From the NCBI GenBank assembly GCA_903878805.1, contig CAIRJF010000028.1, positions 12,529 through 76,528 on the forward strand: a stretch of 64,000 nucleotides of DNA. The letters are read 5' to 3'. Numbering within the stretch: position 1 is the stretch's first letter; every line of letters starts with the position of its first letter. This DNA is from an uncultured Verrucomicrobia subdivision 3 bacterium (GTDB taxonomy: Bacteria > Verrucomicrobiota > Verrucomicrobiia > Limisphaerales > UBA11358). Position numbers and translations under genes: made by a program. Below are positions 37,863-47,315 of this stretch, piece after piece. Under the pieces are notes generated by a model, which saw only the letters and a program-made list of their open reading frames with translations, was not told the origin of the DNA and ran no database searches.

Positions 37863-38123
37863 ATGAGAAAAATTATCCTGTTAATTATCGTTCTGGCGGC
37901 GGGAATCGCGCTGGGCATTTATTTCCAAAAGCAAGCGAAGGCGCAAAAGATTGAGAATCAGGCGCAGACGGACGCCGACAAAGCCGGAGATGCCATCAAG
38001 GAAGGTGTGCAAAAAACGGAGAGCATCGCGACGAATGTGGCGGCGGATGTCAAAGTCGGGGCACAAAAATTCAGCGAGTTCACGACCAACGCGGTCGGCG
38101 AAATCAAAGCAAAAATGCCGTGA
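37863..38123 (+). CDS. Small membrane-anchored helical protein (YtxH-like)
   Basis: N-terminal TM segment followed by Ala/Lys-rich amphipathic repeats. Confidence 0.7.
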   Translation: MRKIILLIIVLAAGIALGIYFQKQAKAQKIENQAQTDADKAGDAIKEGVQKTESIATNVAADVKVGAQKFSEFTTNAVGEIKAKMP

Positions 38124-38731
38124 GCTGGAACGAATTATTTTTTGATTTCGTGACGCTGTGGGTGACGATTGATCCCGTTGGCACGGTGCCGTTGTATCTT
38201 TCTGTGACCAAGGATTTGTCGGCGCAGGCGCGCAAACGCGCGGCGATGCGGGCGACGCTGATCGCATTCTGCATCCTCGCCGCGTTTCTTTATCTCGGCC
38301 AATACCTGTTGGAAGTGATGCGCATCGAGATGCTGTCGTTCCAGATTGCGGGCGGCATCGTGCTGTTCCTCTTCGCGCTGTCCATGATTTTTGACAAGTC
38401 GTCGGGAACGGCGGCACTGGCGGATGAGGGGCATGACGTGGCGGTGTTCCCGCTGGCGATGCCGTCCATCGCGACGCCGGGCGCGCTGCTGTCCGTGGTC
38501 GTGCTGACGGACAACAACACGCACAATTTTTTACAGCAGACTCTTACCTGCGCGGTGATGGCGCTGGTGCTTGCCCTGACCTTGGTCATGATGCTATTGA
38601 GTAATAAATTTATCGCCCTCATCGGCCGTTCGGGGGCAAACATTTTGAGCCGCGCGATGGGCATGATCCTTTCCGCCGTGGCGGTGGAGATGGTTTATAG
38701 CGCCGTCAAAGGGCAACTGGGGCCGGGTTGA
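38120..38731 (+). CDS. MarC-family membrane protein
   Basis: IDPVG, FQIAGG, AVFPLAMP..ATPGA. Confidence 0.9.
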   Translation: MSWNELFFDFVTLWVTIDPVGTVPLYLSVTKDLSAQARKRAAMRATLIAFCILAAFLYLGQYLLEVMRIEMLSFQIAGGIVLFLFALSMIFDKSSGTAALADEGHDVAVFPLAMPSIATPGALLSVVVLTDNNTHNFLQQTLTCAVMALVLALTLVMMLLSNKFIALIGRSGANILSRAMGMILSAVAVEMVYSAVKGQLGPG

Positions 38732-38794
38732 TGCGCTGGGTGCGGCGCAGAAATTTTGGCTGCGATTCGCGTGCGGCGTGGTTAGCATCGCGGA

Positions 38795-39439
38795 ATGAAT
38801 TGCATCGTCACTGCCGGACCGACGTTCGAGCCACTGGATGAAGTGCGCCGGTTGACGAATTTTTCCACGGGCCGGCTGGGCACGGAACTCGCCAGTTTTC
38901 TCATGGCGCGCGGCCACAAAGTCACGCTACTCATCGGCGAAGCGGCGACTTACCCAGGCGAACGTAAGGCGACCTCGGTGAAAATTTTTTCCACGACGGC
39001 GGATTTACGCGCGAAATTAAAATCATTTTCCGGTAAAAAAGTGGACGCCATCTTTCACGCGGCGGCGGTTAGCGATTTTGCGTTCGGCCAAATTTTTTCG
39101 GAAACAAAAACCAACGAATTTTCCGCGCTCAAAGCGTCCAAGAAAATTTCCACGCGTAAAGGAACACTATTGGTCGAGCTTTTGCCGACGCCGAAAATTA
39201 TCGCGGAACTGCGCGGCTGGTTCCCGCAAACCAGAATCGTCGGCTGGAAATTTGAGGCGGATGGCAAACGCACGGACGCCTTGCGCGCGGCGGAAAAACA
39301 ACTGACAGATTGCGCGACGGATTTCTGCGTGGCGAACGGCCCGGCTTACGGCAAAGGCTTTAATTTAGTGACGCGCACGAGCCGGAAACATTTTGCGACG
39401 ATGGCAAACCTGTTCACCGCGCTCGCGCGTTTGCCTTGA
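38795..39439 (+). CDS. coaB: Stand-alone phosphopantothenate--cysteine ligase (CoaB domain)
   Basis: VTAGPT.EPLDEVRRLTNFSTG, HAAAVSDF, PKII, VGWK, VAN. Confidence 0.82.
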   Translation: MNCIVTAGPTFEPLDEVRRLTNFSTGRLGTELASFLMARGHKVTLLIGEAATYPGERKATSVKIFSTTADLRAKLKSFSGKKVDAIFHAAAVSDFAFGQIFSETKTNEFSALKASKKISTRKGTLLVELLPTPKIIAELRGWFPQTRIVGWKFEADGKRTDALRAAEKQLTDCATDFCVANGPAYGKGFNLVTRTSRKHFATMANLFTALARLP

Positions 39440-39447
39440 TTTGATTG

Positions 39448-40368
39448 ATGCAAACGCTCGTCGAAGATTTTCTGCAATACCTGCGCCACGAACGCGGGCA
39501 GTCGGACAACACGGCGAAAACTTACGCGGCGCTGCTCGGCAAATTCACGGCTTGGGCGGAGCGGCAAGGACTGACGGACTGGCGTAACGTGGAGCTGAAG
39601 CATCTCATGGCGTTTCTCGCGCACGAGCGCGCCCGCCCGCTCGCCGATGAACCGAAGGAATCCACCAAACGTTTGAGCGGCGAGAGTGTGTATCTGGAAA
39701 TCGCTGCACTGCGGGCGTTTTATAAATTTGCCGAGAACGAAAAGTTTTTACCGACGAACATTGCGGAAAATCTTTCATTACCACGCCGATGGAAAAGATT
39801 GCCGAAGGCGTTGTCGAACGACGAAATCAAAAAATTGCTCACGCCGGAAGCGCCGGAGACTCCGGAGGGATTGTGCGACCAAGCGATTTTGGAACTGGCT
39901 TACGCTTCCGGCCTGCGCTTGTCGGAATTAAAAAATCTGCGGCTGGAGCAACTGCATCTCGACGCCGGTTTCATCAATGTCATCGGCAAGGGCAACAAGG
40001 AGCGCGTGGTGCCGGTGGGGCGAACGGCGGTGGCGGCGTTGAATCGGTTCATCGAAGTTGGACGGCCGAAACTCGTCACGCCGAAATCACCGGCGAATGT
40101 TTTTCTCACGCAACGCGGCACGCCGTTTGCCTCGGTCACGCTGTGGTTGCACATCAAAAACCGTGTTCGTCGCGCCGGAGTTGAGCGGAACATGACGCCG
40201 CATATGCTGCGGCACAGCTTCGCGACGCATCTGCTGGAACATGGCGCGGATTTGCGCGTGATTCAGGAATTGCTCGGCCACGCGAACATCAGCACGACGG
40301 AAATCTACACGCACGTCACGGGCAACCGGCTGCGGGAAATTCACCGGAAATTTCATCCGCGCGCCTAA
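39448..40368 (+). CDS. xerD: Tyrosine recombinase XerD/XerC
   Basis: YASGLRLSEL, GKGNKERVVP, TPHMLRHSFATHLL..GADLR..QELLGH..ISTTEIYTHV. XerD versus XerC is not certain. Confidence 0.82.
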   Translation: MQTLVEDFLQYLRHERGQSDNTAKTYAALLGKFTAWAERQGLTDWRNVELKHLMAFLAHERARPLADEPKESTKRLSGESVYLEIAALRAFYKFAENEKFLPTNIAENLSLPRRWKRLPKALSNDEIKKLLTPEAPETPEGLCDQAILELAYASGLRLSELKNLRLEQLHLDAGFINVIGKGNKERVVPVGRTAVAALNRFIEVGRPKLVTPKSPANVFLTQRGTPFASVTLWLHIKNRVRRAGVERNMTPHMLRHSFATHLLEHGADLRVIQELLGHANISTTEIYTHVTGNRLREIHRKFHPRA

Positions 40369-40373
40369 AATTT

Positions 40374-40673
40374 TTACTCAAAGTCGTAAACGAGGACTTT
40401 TTTCACGAAGGGCTTCACGCATTGTGCGATGAATTCCAAATGCTGCGGATGGACTTGATAATCGTCCTGCGCTTGCTTGCTGGCGAAGACAGTGTTGAGC
40501 GCGACTTGGTAAGTCTGATCCACGACAGGCCGCGCGCTACCGACCATTTTGCCGATATGAAACTGCTTCAGGCCGGGAATAGATTTGAGAAATTTTTCGC
40601 CGCCGGCGATAACGGCGTCCACCGCTTCGGGTTTCGCCGGGTCGGTCCAGAAAATGACAACGTGTGAAAACAT
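40374..40673 (-). CDS. Dabb stress-responsive A/B barrel protein
   Basis: HVVIFW, IPG, YQVHPQH, VYDFE. Confidence 0.85.
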   Translation of the reverse strand: MFSHVVIFWTDPAKPEAVDAVIAGGEKFLKSIPGLKQFHIGKMVGSARPVVDQTYQVALNTVFASKQAQDDYQVHPQHLEFIAQCVKPFVKKVLVYDFE

Positions 40674-40765
40674 GATGGTTTATTGAACAACAAAGCCGGC
40701 GGTGCGCGAAGAAAAATTTTCAAACTTTCTATCGGCGTATAATTCCAGCTAAGCTCAACCAATTT

Positions 40766-41689
40766 ATGAGCAAAACCGCATTGTTATTCGCTGGTCAAGG
40801 CGCGCAAGTCGTGGGCATGGGCAAAGATTTGGCTGAACAATTTCCGTCGGCGAAGGCGTGGTTCAACCGCGCCAATACCGCGCTCGGCTACGATCTCGCC
40901 AAAGTTTGTTTTGAAGGGCCGGAAGCTGATTTGACCAAAACCGAAAACGCGCAGCCGGGAATTTTTGTCGTGAGCTGGGTCGCATTTCAATTGCTTAAAG
41001 AACAAGTGCCATTGCTCAAATTTGAAGCCACCGCTGGCTTGTCGCTCGGTGAATTCACGGCGCTCACTGCGGCGGGCGCATTAAGTTTTGAAGATGGCTT
41101 GCGCGTCGTGCGTCAGCGCGGAAAATTTATGCAGGAAGCGTGCGACGTGACCAAAGGCGGCATGGCTGCAATTATTGGTTTGGACGAAAATCTGACGCGC
41201 GAGGTTTGTGCGGAAGCTGGGGTTGTTCTCGCAAATTTGAATTGTCCAGGCCAGCTCGTTATTTCTGGCGCGTCGGAAAAAATTGCGGTGGCGTGTGAAC
41301 TGGCTAAAGCCAAAGGCGCGAAACGTGCGCTGCCGTTGCCGGTGGCGGGCGCATATCACTCGCCGCTCATGGCGAGTGCGCAGCCGAAACTTGCGGCGGA
41401 GCTGGCGGCGGCGAAGGTTTCCGCGCCCGTGGTGCCGGTGATTTCCAACGTCACGGCGCAGGCGCACGGCCCGGACATCTCCGCAAAACTGGTTGAGCAA
41501 GTCTGCGCATCCGTGCTGTGGGAAAATTCCCTGCGCGTATTGCTGGCGCAGGGATTCACGCGGTTCATCGAACTCGGGCCGGGCACGGCCTTGAGCGGCT
41601 TCATGAAGCGTATTGATAAAACGGCTACGATGCTGAACGTCGCGGACGCGGCGAGCTTGGAGGCCACGGTAAAGGCGCTTTCGGTTTAG
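40766..41689 (+). CDS. fabD: Malonyl-CoA:ACP transacylase
   Basis: FAGQGAQ, GLSLGE, N.NCPGQ, AGAYHS, ELGPG. Confidence 0.95.
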   Translation: MSKTALLFAGQGAQVVGMGKDLAEQFPSAKAWFNRANTALGYDLAKVCFEGPEADLTKTENAQPGIFVVSWVAFQLLKEQVPLLKFEATAGLSLGEFTALTAAGALSFEDGLRVVRQRGKFMQEACDVTKGGMAAIIGLDENLTREVCAEAGVVLANLNCPGQLVISGASEKIAVACELAKAKGAKRALPLPVAGAYHSPLMASAQPKLAAELAAAKVSAPVVPVISNVTAQAHGPDISAKLVEQVCASVLWENSLRVLLAQGFTRFIELGPGTALSGFMKRIDKTATMLNVADAASLEATVKALSV

Positions 41690-41739
41690 CTTCAGATTTT
41701 TAGAAATGCGCTTAGATAAGAATACCCGCCATTGATTTT

Positions 41740-41925
41740 ATGGAAATTTCCCAACTTGCCCAAATCCTCGTCGCGCTCGGCTGCCCAGCTGAGAAATCCG
41801 CCGACATGGCCGCGCAACTCGACAAGCGCGCGAAACAATTGGCCGCCGAAAAAAATCAGACTTACGAGGAAGCGTTGAAACATTTGCTCACACTGATGAA
41901 ACAGGGTTGGGCGGCTCCGAAATAG
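41740..41925 (+). CDS. Small hypothetical protein (61 aa)
   Basis: Host-like codon use; fills the gap between fabD and the NUDIX gene. Confidence 0.65.
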   Translation: MEISQLAQILVALGCPAEKSADMAAQLDKRAKQLAAEKNQTYEEALKHLLTLMKQGWAAPK

Positions 41926-42011
41926 GAGATGGCTGATTGGAGATGGAAATTGGGGTTGGCGGTCGCGGGATTTTTTCTGGATTCCATCTCCCATCTCCTA
42001 TCTCCTATCTG
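41922..42011. repeat. Inverted heptamer tandem-repeat pair
   Basis: GGAGATG-like units on the left; CCATCTC CCATCTC CTATCTC CTATCTG at 41984-42011. Confidence 0.7.
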
Positions 42012-42015
42012 CTAA

Positions 42016-42570
42016 ATGATTAAACCGTGGAAAAAAGTCAGCAGCAAACCTGTCGGCGATTTTCGCATCTTCAAAATCCGCTCCGAAATCTGCATCAACC
42101 CGCGCACCGGCAAGGAACATGATTTCTACGTCCTCGATACCGTCGGCTGGGTCAACGTCATCGCCGTCACGCCCGACCAACAGCTCGTGATGGTGCGGCA
42201 ATTCCGCGTCGGCTCCGGCACGGTGGAACTGGAAATTCCCGGCGGCATGATGGATCCGAACGAGACCAATCCGGTCGCGACCGCCGTGCGCGAACTGCGC
42301 GAGGAAACCGGCTACGAAGGCGAAAACGCCCGACTGCTCGGCAAAGTCTGGTCCAATCCGGCCATCTTGAACAACCACACCTACACTGTGCTGATTGAAA
42401 ATTGCCGGCTGCAACACGGCGTGGAATTTGACAGCGGCGAAGATCTGACGACGCAACTGGTGCCGGTGGCGGAAATTCCGAAGCTCGTTGCCGAAGAGAA
42501 AATCGGCCACTCGCTCGTCGTCGCCGCGCTGTATTATTTTGATTTGTGGCAGCGGGGAATTAAGAAATGA
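42016..42570 (+). CDS. NUDIX hydrolase (ADP-ribose pyrophosphatase-like)
   Basis: Nudix box EIPGGMMD....ATAVRELREETGY. Confidence 0.9.
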   Translation: MIKPWKKVSSKPVGDFRIFKIRSEICINPRTGKEHDFYVLDTVGWVNVIAVTPDQQLVMVRQFRVGSGTVELEIPGGMMDPNETNPVATAVRELREETGYEGENARLLGKVWSNPAILNNHTYTVLIENCRLQHGVEFDSGEDLTTQLVPVAEIPKLVAEEKIGHSLVVAALYYFDLWQRGIKK

Positions 42571-42586
42571 GTTTTTCTGAAAAAAT

Positions 42587-43108
42587 ATGAAAAATAAAAC
42601 GGTAATCAATTTTCTGTTCATCAGTTTCTTGACTTTGTTGTCAGCAGGTTGTTTCACGTCAGTAACTTCAAAAAAGGCTTTCCCAAGCAAAATCGACTGG
42701 TTTGAACCAACGGCAATTTACAACTCACACACCAGTAATGACGTAATAATTGAGGGAGGATGCTACAAATATTATGGCCAAAAGACTTTAGTTTATGCGC
42801 CTGCATACTTGATAATTCCAGCTAAGGTATTACTTGCTGCTCATAGTAAATCTGGTGGCGATGTTTCTTTTTCTGATATTCAAAAACTTCCACCCGACGT
42901 TCGTTACAACTTACGATTAGAAAAAAATCTTCCGGCAGGATTTGAAAAAACCGCCGATATTCCCCAAGGCCAGTCAGGCATTCAGGTCAACAAGCAAAGT
43001 CGAATAAACGTGGTGAATTTGGCTAAACTGCCTTTTGCTTTTGTGATAGATGTCGTCACCTTTCCTTTGCAATTAGAAATTTCAAAGTCTTTTAAAAATC
43101 TTAATTAG
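42587..43108 (+). CDS. AT-rich hypothetical lipoprotein
   Basis: Lipobox LSAGC; C-terminal PFAFVIDVVTFP; low GC. Confidence 0.7.
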   Translation: MKNKTVINFLFISFLTLLSAGCFTSVTSKKAFPSKIDWFEPTAIYNSHTSNDVIIEGGCYKYYGQKTLVYAPAYLIIPAKVLLAAHSKSGGDVSFSDIQKLPPDVRYNLRLEKNLPAGFEKTADIPQGQSGIQVNKQSRINVVNLAKLPFAFVIDVVTFPLQLEISKSFKNLN

Positions 43109-43120
43109 GATATTTATCCG

Positions 43121-43501
43121 ATGCCCATCTTCTACGAATGCCAACGCTGCACGGCCTGTTGTCGCTGGCCGGGGCAAGTGCGTTTGTCGAATGAAGAAAT
43201 CACGCGGCTCGCCGCGTTCAAAGGTTTGAGCGAAGCCGATTTCATCCAGCAATTCACGCGGCTGCGCTGGGATCGCGGCGGACTGGCTTTGCTGGAAAAA
43301 CCGGACGGCGGCTGCATTTTTCTGGAAGGCGACGATTGTTCCGTGCAATCCGTCAAGCCGCAGCAGTGCCGCGATTTTCCGAACCTCTGGAATTTTCCCG
43401 GCTTTCAGCAGACCTGCAAAGCTTTCCCGCGCGAAGTCACCGAGGCGGAATACGCCCGCCGCATCGCGCTGATAAAAGCGAAGGGCAATGAGCGCGGATG
43501 A
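43121..43501 (+). CDS. YkgJ-family CxxCxxCC cysteine-cluster protein
   Basis: CQRCTACC, CIFL, C.V...KP.QCRDFP. Confidence 0.88.
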   Translation: MPIFYECQRCTACCRWPGQVRLSNEEITRLAAFKGLSEADFIQQFTRLRWDRGGLALLEKPDGGCIFLEGDDCSVQSVKPQQCRDFPNLWNFPGFQQTCKAFPREVTEAEYARRIALIKAKGNERG

Positions 43502-43510
43502 AATCGTAGC

Positions 43511-45730
43511 TCAACTCAAACTCACCGGATCAATATCCACCGCCAGCGTCACGTCATCCGGCAACGTGAGCGACTGCACAATGATGGCGAGTTCGCGGCT
43601 GAGCGCACTCATCGCGCGCGTCCGCAACATGATTTGGTAGCGGTAAAAATTTTCCGCGCGCAGCAACGGCGCAGGCGCGGGACCAGCGATAACCAAATCT
43701 TTTAGGTTCTTCAGTTTTTTCTCCAATTCGCGCTTCAGGTGGTCGGCAGAGAATTTTACTTTTTCCTCGCTGCGACCTTTGAGTGTGAGCAGCGCGACGC
43801 GGCTCGTCGGCGGATATTTCAGTTGTTCGCGAAATTCAATTTCCTGTTCGTAAAAGCCGACGAAATCGTGGCGGCGCGCAAATTGAATCGCCGGATGAAA
43901 CGGCGTGAACGCTTGCACAAAAACTTCGCCTTCGACATCGCCGCGACCCGCACGACCGGCGACTTGCGTGAGCAATTGAAACGTCCGTTCGCCCGCCCGA
44001 AAATCCGGCTGATGCAGCGCGGAGTCAGCGTAAATAATGCCCACCAGCGTGACATTCGGAAAATGCAGCCCCTTCGCAATCATCTGCGTGCCGACCAGAA
44101 TGTCCAGTTTGCCCGCGCGAAAATCACCGAGGACGTGGCGGTAATCGTCCTTGCGCTTCATCGTGTCGGCATCCATGCGTTTGACGCGCGCCTTTGGAAA
44201 AAGTTTTGCCAAAACTTCTTCAACTTTCTGCGTGCCGGTTCCGGCAAAACGGATAGCCGGATTTTTGCATTTCGGTTCCGGACAGACGAGCGGGACTTTT
44301 TCGTTGTGACCGCAGATGTGGCAAGAAAGTTTTTGTTCGATGCGATGATACGTCAGCGACACGCTGCAATTCGGACAATTCGCGACGTAACCGCACTTGG
44401 GACACATCAGCGAAGTCGAGTAACCGCGCCGGTTCAGAAATAAAATCGTCTGCTCGCCGCGCTCCAGCCGCTGCTTGATAGCCTCCTTGAGCTGCGGCGA
44501 AAAGAGCGGTGGACCTTTTTCTTTGAACATCGCCTGCCGCATATCCACGACGCGGACCTGCGGCATTTTCTGGTCGTCCACGCGTTCCGGCAAATTCAGC
44601 AAAGTGAATTTCCCCTTTTTACAATTGGCGTAACTCTCCATCGAAGGCGTAGCTGAACCGAGCACGACGACGGCGTTTTCCATCTGACCACGCATGACGG
44701 CGACATCGCGTGCGTGATAGCGCGGCGCTTCTTCCTGCTTGTAAGTTTGCTCGTGCTCCTCATCCACAATGATGAGTCCGAGCGGTTCGACCGGTGCAAA
44801 AATTGCCGAACGTGCGCCGATTACGATGCGCGCACGACCTTGCCGGATCTTGTGCCATTCATCGTGCCGTTCGCCTGCGCTCAAGTGCGAATGCAAAACC
44901 GCGACGAGCGTTTGCAATTTGCCGGAACTGAATCGCGCCTTGAATCTTTCAACGGTTTGTGGCGTCAGCGAAATTTCCGGCACGAGCACCATTGCGCCTT
45001 TGCCCTGCTCCAGCGCATGCGCAAGCGCTTGCAGATAAATTTCTGTTTTTCCTGAACCGGTCACGCCGTGGAGCAGAAATGTGCGCGAAGAATTCTCCGT
45101 GTCCATCGCCTTCGTGATTTCGCCCAGCGCTTGCGCCTGTGCCGGATTCAATATGATATTTTGCGTGGGCAAAATCGTTTCGCGCGCATACGGATCGCGC
45201 TCCGAAACTTCGGATGTGATGGAGACAAGGCCGCGATCTTCCAGTTTACGGACGGTGGCGGCGGTGGTTTTGGTGAGTTCCAATAATTCTGCCAGCGGCA
45301 GTTCACGACGTTCCTCGACGATATTCCAAACTTCCTGCTGACGCTTTGGAAGCTTCGGAAATTCGCCGGTCACGGCCAGCGCGCGAACAAATAATCTTTC
45401 GCGCCAGCCCGCATCTTCCTTGCGCACGGCTTCGGGCAAAACCGACTTCAGCGCAATCTCCGGAGCACAGCAGTAATACTCGCCAATCCACCGCGCAAGC
45501 TTCAAAACCTTTGGCGTTACTAGCGTTTGTGCACCGATGACTTTGAGAATCGGCTTGAGATTCGCGTGTCCAGATTCTTCCGCGACTGCGGTGACGACAC
45601 CGAGAATTTTGCGCGACCCGAACGGAACTTGCACACGGCTACCGACATCAATTTGCCCGGCCAGCTCCGCCGGAATCGAATAATCAAATTCCTTCCGCAG
45701 CGCAATTTCCAGACTGACGCGGGCAATCAT
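43511..45730 (-). CDS. priA: Primosomal protein N'
   Basis: GVTGSGKTE, VPEISLTPQ, DEEHE, Cys-rich region, GTQMIAKG, QVAGRAGR. Confidence 0.96.
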   Translation of the reverse strand: MIARVSLEIALRKEFDYSIPAELAGQIDVGSRVQVPFGSRKILGVVTAVAEESGHANLKPILKVIGAQTLVTPKVLKLARWIGEYYCCAPEIALKSVLPEAVRKEDAGWRERLFVRALAVTGEFPKLPKRQQEVWNIVEERRELPLAELLELTKTTAATVRKLEDRGLVSITSEVSERDPYARETILPTQNIILNPAQAQALGEITKAMDTENSSRTFLLHGVTGSGKTEIYLQALAHALEQGKGAMVLVPEISLTPQTVERFKARFSSGKLQTLVAVLHSHLSAGERHDEWHKIRQGRARIVIGARSAIFAPVEPLGLIIVDEEHEQTYKQEEAPRYHARDVAVMRGQMENAVVVLGSATPSMESYANCKKGKFTLLNLPERVDDQKMPQVRVVDMRQAMFKEKGPPLFSPQLKEAIKQRLERGEQTILFLNRRGYSTSLMCPKCGYVANCPNCSVSLTYHRIEQKLSCHICGHNEKVPLVCPEPKCKNPAIRFAGTGTQKVEEVLAKLFPKARVKRMDADTMKRKDDYRHVLGDFRAGKLDILVGTQMIAKGLHFPNVTLVGIIYADSALHQPDFRAGERTFQLLTQVAGRAGRGDVEGEVFVQAFTPFHPAIQFARRHDFVGFYEQEIEFREQLKYPPTSRVALLTLKGRSEEKVKFSADHLKRELEKKLKNLKDLVIAGPAPAPLLRAENFYRYQIMLRTRAMSALSRELAIIVQSLTLPDDVTLAVDIDPVSLS

Positions 45731-45744
45731 TTTTCAATCGCGCT

Positions 45745-46473
45745 TCAGTCGCGCGTGATGGAACGCAAATCGGCTTCGAGTTGCAGGCGTAGTTTTTCGC
45801 GACCGGCTTCGTTCGTGTCACGCGGCACGCGTAGCGCTTTACCCATCGTCACCGTGCAGACCGCGAATGGTAGCGGAATTTGAAAACGGTCCCAGCTTTT
45901 CACGCGAATTTTCCAGCTAAGATGATACGTCACCGGCACGATGGGCATGCCGGTCATTTGCGCCGTGGAAATCACGCCTTCCTGCACGGTGTAGCACGGA
46001 CCGCGCGGACCATCCGGCGTGAGCGCGAGGTCGTGACCGCGGCGTCCCCACGCGACCAACTCGCGAAACGCCTGCGCGCCGCGCCGCGATGATGAGCCGC
46101 GCACCGGCTGCACTTTGAACATTTCCAAAACTCCCGTCAGCAAGCCGCCGTCTTTGCTGGCGCTGACGAGCGCGACGAGTCGACGTTTGCGATCGCGCCG
46201 CGCAACATATTTGCGATATAAAATCAACGCCAGCGCGAGACGATTGTGCCAAATGGCGAAAATAATTTTTTCCTGCGGCACGTCAGAAAAATAGCCGGAC
46301 AAATCTTCCAACCGGAAACGCAGCGTTGCCGTGATGCATTGCGCCACGGTGTAAATCAACGCGGCCAGCAACCGTTGATGCCATTTCGGCGGATGCGGAA
46401 TCACCACGCCACCGACGACTCGCGCGTGGCGATGCGCGGCGGGTGGTTGTGGTTGCGGATTGGCTTCGGTCAT
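45745..46473 (-). CDS. DUF374 lysophospholipid acyltransferase-family protein
   Basis: IWHNR, SASKDG, VRGSSSRRG, TPDGPRGP, SWDRFQIPLPF. TGATG overlap with ruvA. Confidence 0.87.
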   Translation of the reverse strand: MTEANPQPQPPAAHRHARVVGGVVIPHPPKWHQRLLAALIYTVAQCITATLRFRLEDLSGYFSDVPQEKIIFAIWHNRLALALILYRKYVARRDRKRRLVALVSASKDGGLLTGVLEMFKVQPVRGSSSRRGAQAFRELVAWGRRGHDLALTPDGPRGPCYTVQEGVISTAQMTGMPIVPVTYHLSWKIRVKSWDRFQIPLPFAVCTVTMGKALRVPRDTNEAGREKLRLQLEADLRSITRD

Positions 46474-47078
46474 CAGGCTCCCTTTTTCAGACACGCGCGC
46501 ACAAGTTGTTCGACCGTTGCCGCTGCACCCAGCATCGCCTGCGCGGCGCGAACGGAGTCGTGAGCATCTACTTGTTTGAAGCCAAGCGCCATGAGCGCGA
46601 GCACGGCGTCATTGGTTTTTTGATCGTCAGATGAAAGCGAGTGTTTCGCGCTAGCGGCTTCCAGCGCACCTGCCGCACCGATTTTATCGCGCAATTCAAC
46701 CACGATTCGTTCCGCCGTTTTTTTACCGACGCCGGAAATTTGCGAGAGCGATTTCACGTCGCCGTTCGCCACTGCGCCGCGAAACGCCACGGCGTTCATG
46801 CCGCTCAAAATATTCAGCGCGGTTTTCGGGCCGATGCCGCTGACGTTGTTGATGAGCATCCGAAACAAATCACGTTCCACCGCCGTCGCGAAGCCGTAAA
46901 GAATGTGCGCGTCTTCACGGACGATGAGTTGCGTGAGCAATTTTATTTCGCCACCGGGCTGGGGCAATTTGTCGAATGACGACAAGGGAATTAGCACTTC
47001 GTAACCGATGCCGTTCACGTCCACGATGACTTGCGTGGGCAATGACTCAACCAGTTTTCCGTGTAAAAAAGTAATCAT
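46473..47078 (-). CDS. ruvA: Holliday junction branch migration protein RuvA
   Basis: MITFLHG, VNGIGYE, VREDA..LYGF, SGIGPK, GVGKKTAERI. Confidence 0.96.
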   Translation of the reverse strand: MITFLHGKLVESLPTQVIVDVNGIGYEVLIPLSSFDKLPQPGGEIKLLTQLIVREDAHILYGFATAVERDLFRMLINNVSGIGPKTALNILSGMNAVAFRGAVANGDVKSLSQISGVGKKTAERIVVELRDKIGAAGALEAASAKHSLSSDDQKTNDAVLALMALGFKQVDAHDSVRAAQAMLGAAATVEQLVRACLKKGA

Positions 47079-47079
47079 A

Positions 47080-47313
47080 TCAAAAGCCAGCCATGCCGCC
47101 AACGCCACCGTGACCGTCGTGCGAACCAATATCATTTATTTGCCGCCCAAAATCTTCAGCTTCTTTTTCTTCCTTATCCATTTGTTTTTTCCAAAACGCG
47201 ATTTCCGCATCGTTCATCAAGAGCTCTTTCGGCAATGGCTTTTCACACACGCCGCAAATTTTAAGTTTACGGCTGTAAATTGGCGCATGGCAATTTGGAC
47301 AGCGGAATTCCAT
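47080..47313 (-). CDS. Small zinc-ribbon protein between ruvC and ruvA
   Basis: 77 aa: MEFRCPNCHAPIYSRKLKICGVCEKPL..., filling the ruvC-ruvA gap with 1-2-bp spacers. Confidence 0.72.
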   Translation of the reverse strand: MEFRCPNCHAPIYSRKLKICGVCEKPLPKELLMNDAEIAFWKKQMDKEEKEAEDFGRQINDIGSHDGHGGVGGMAGF

Positions 47314-47315
47314 TT

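Noticed and set aside
39448-40368. Integron integrase or island integrase
   Set aside because: It has housekeeping XerD/C motifs and core-gene context, with no IntI-specific insertion or attC array seen.
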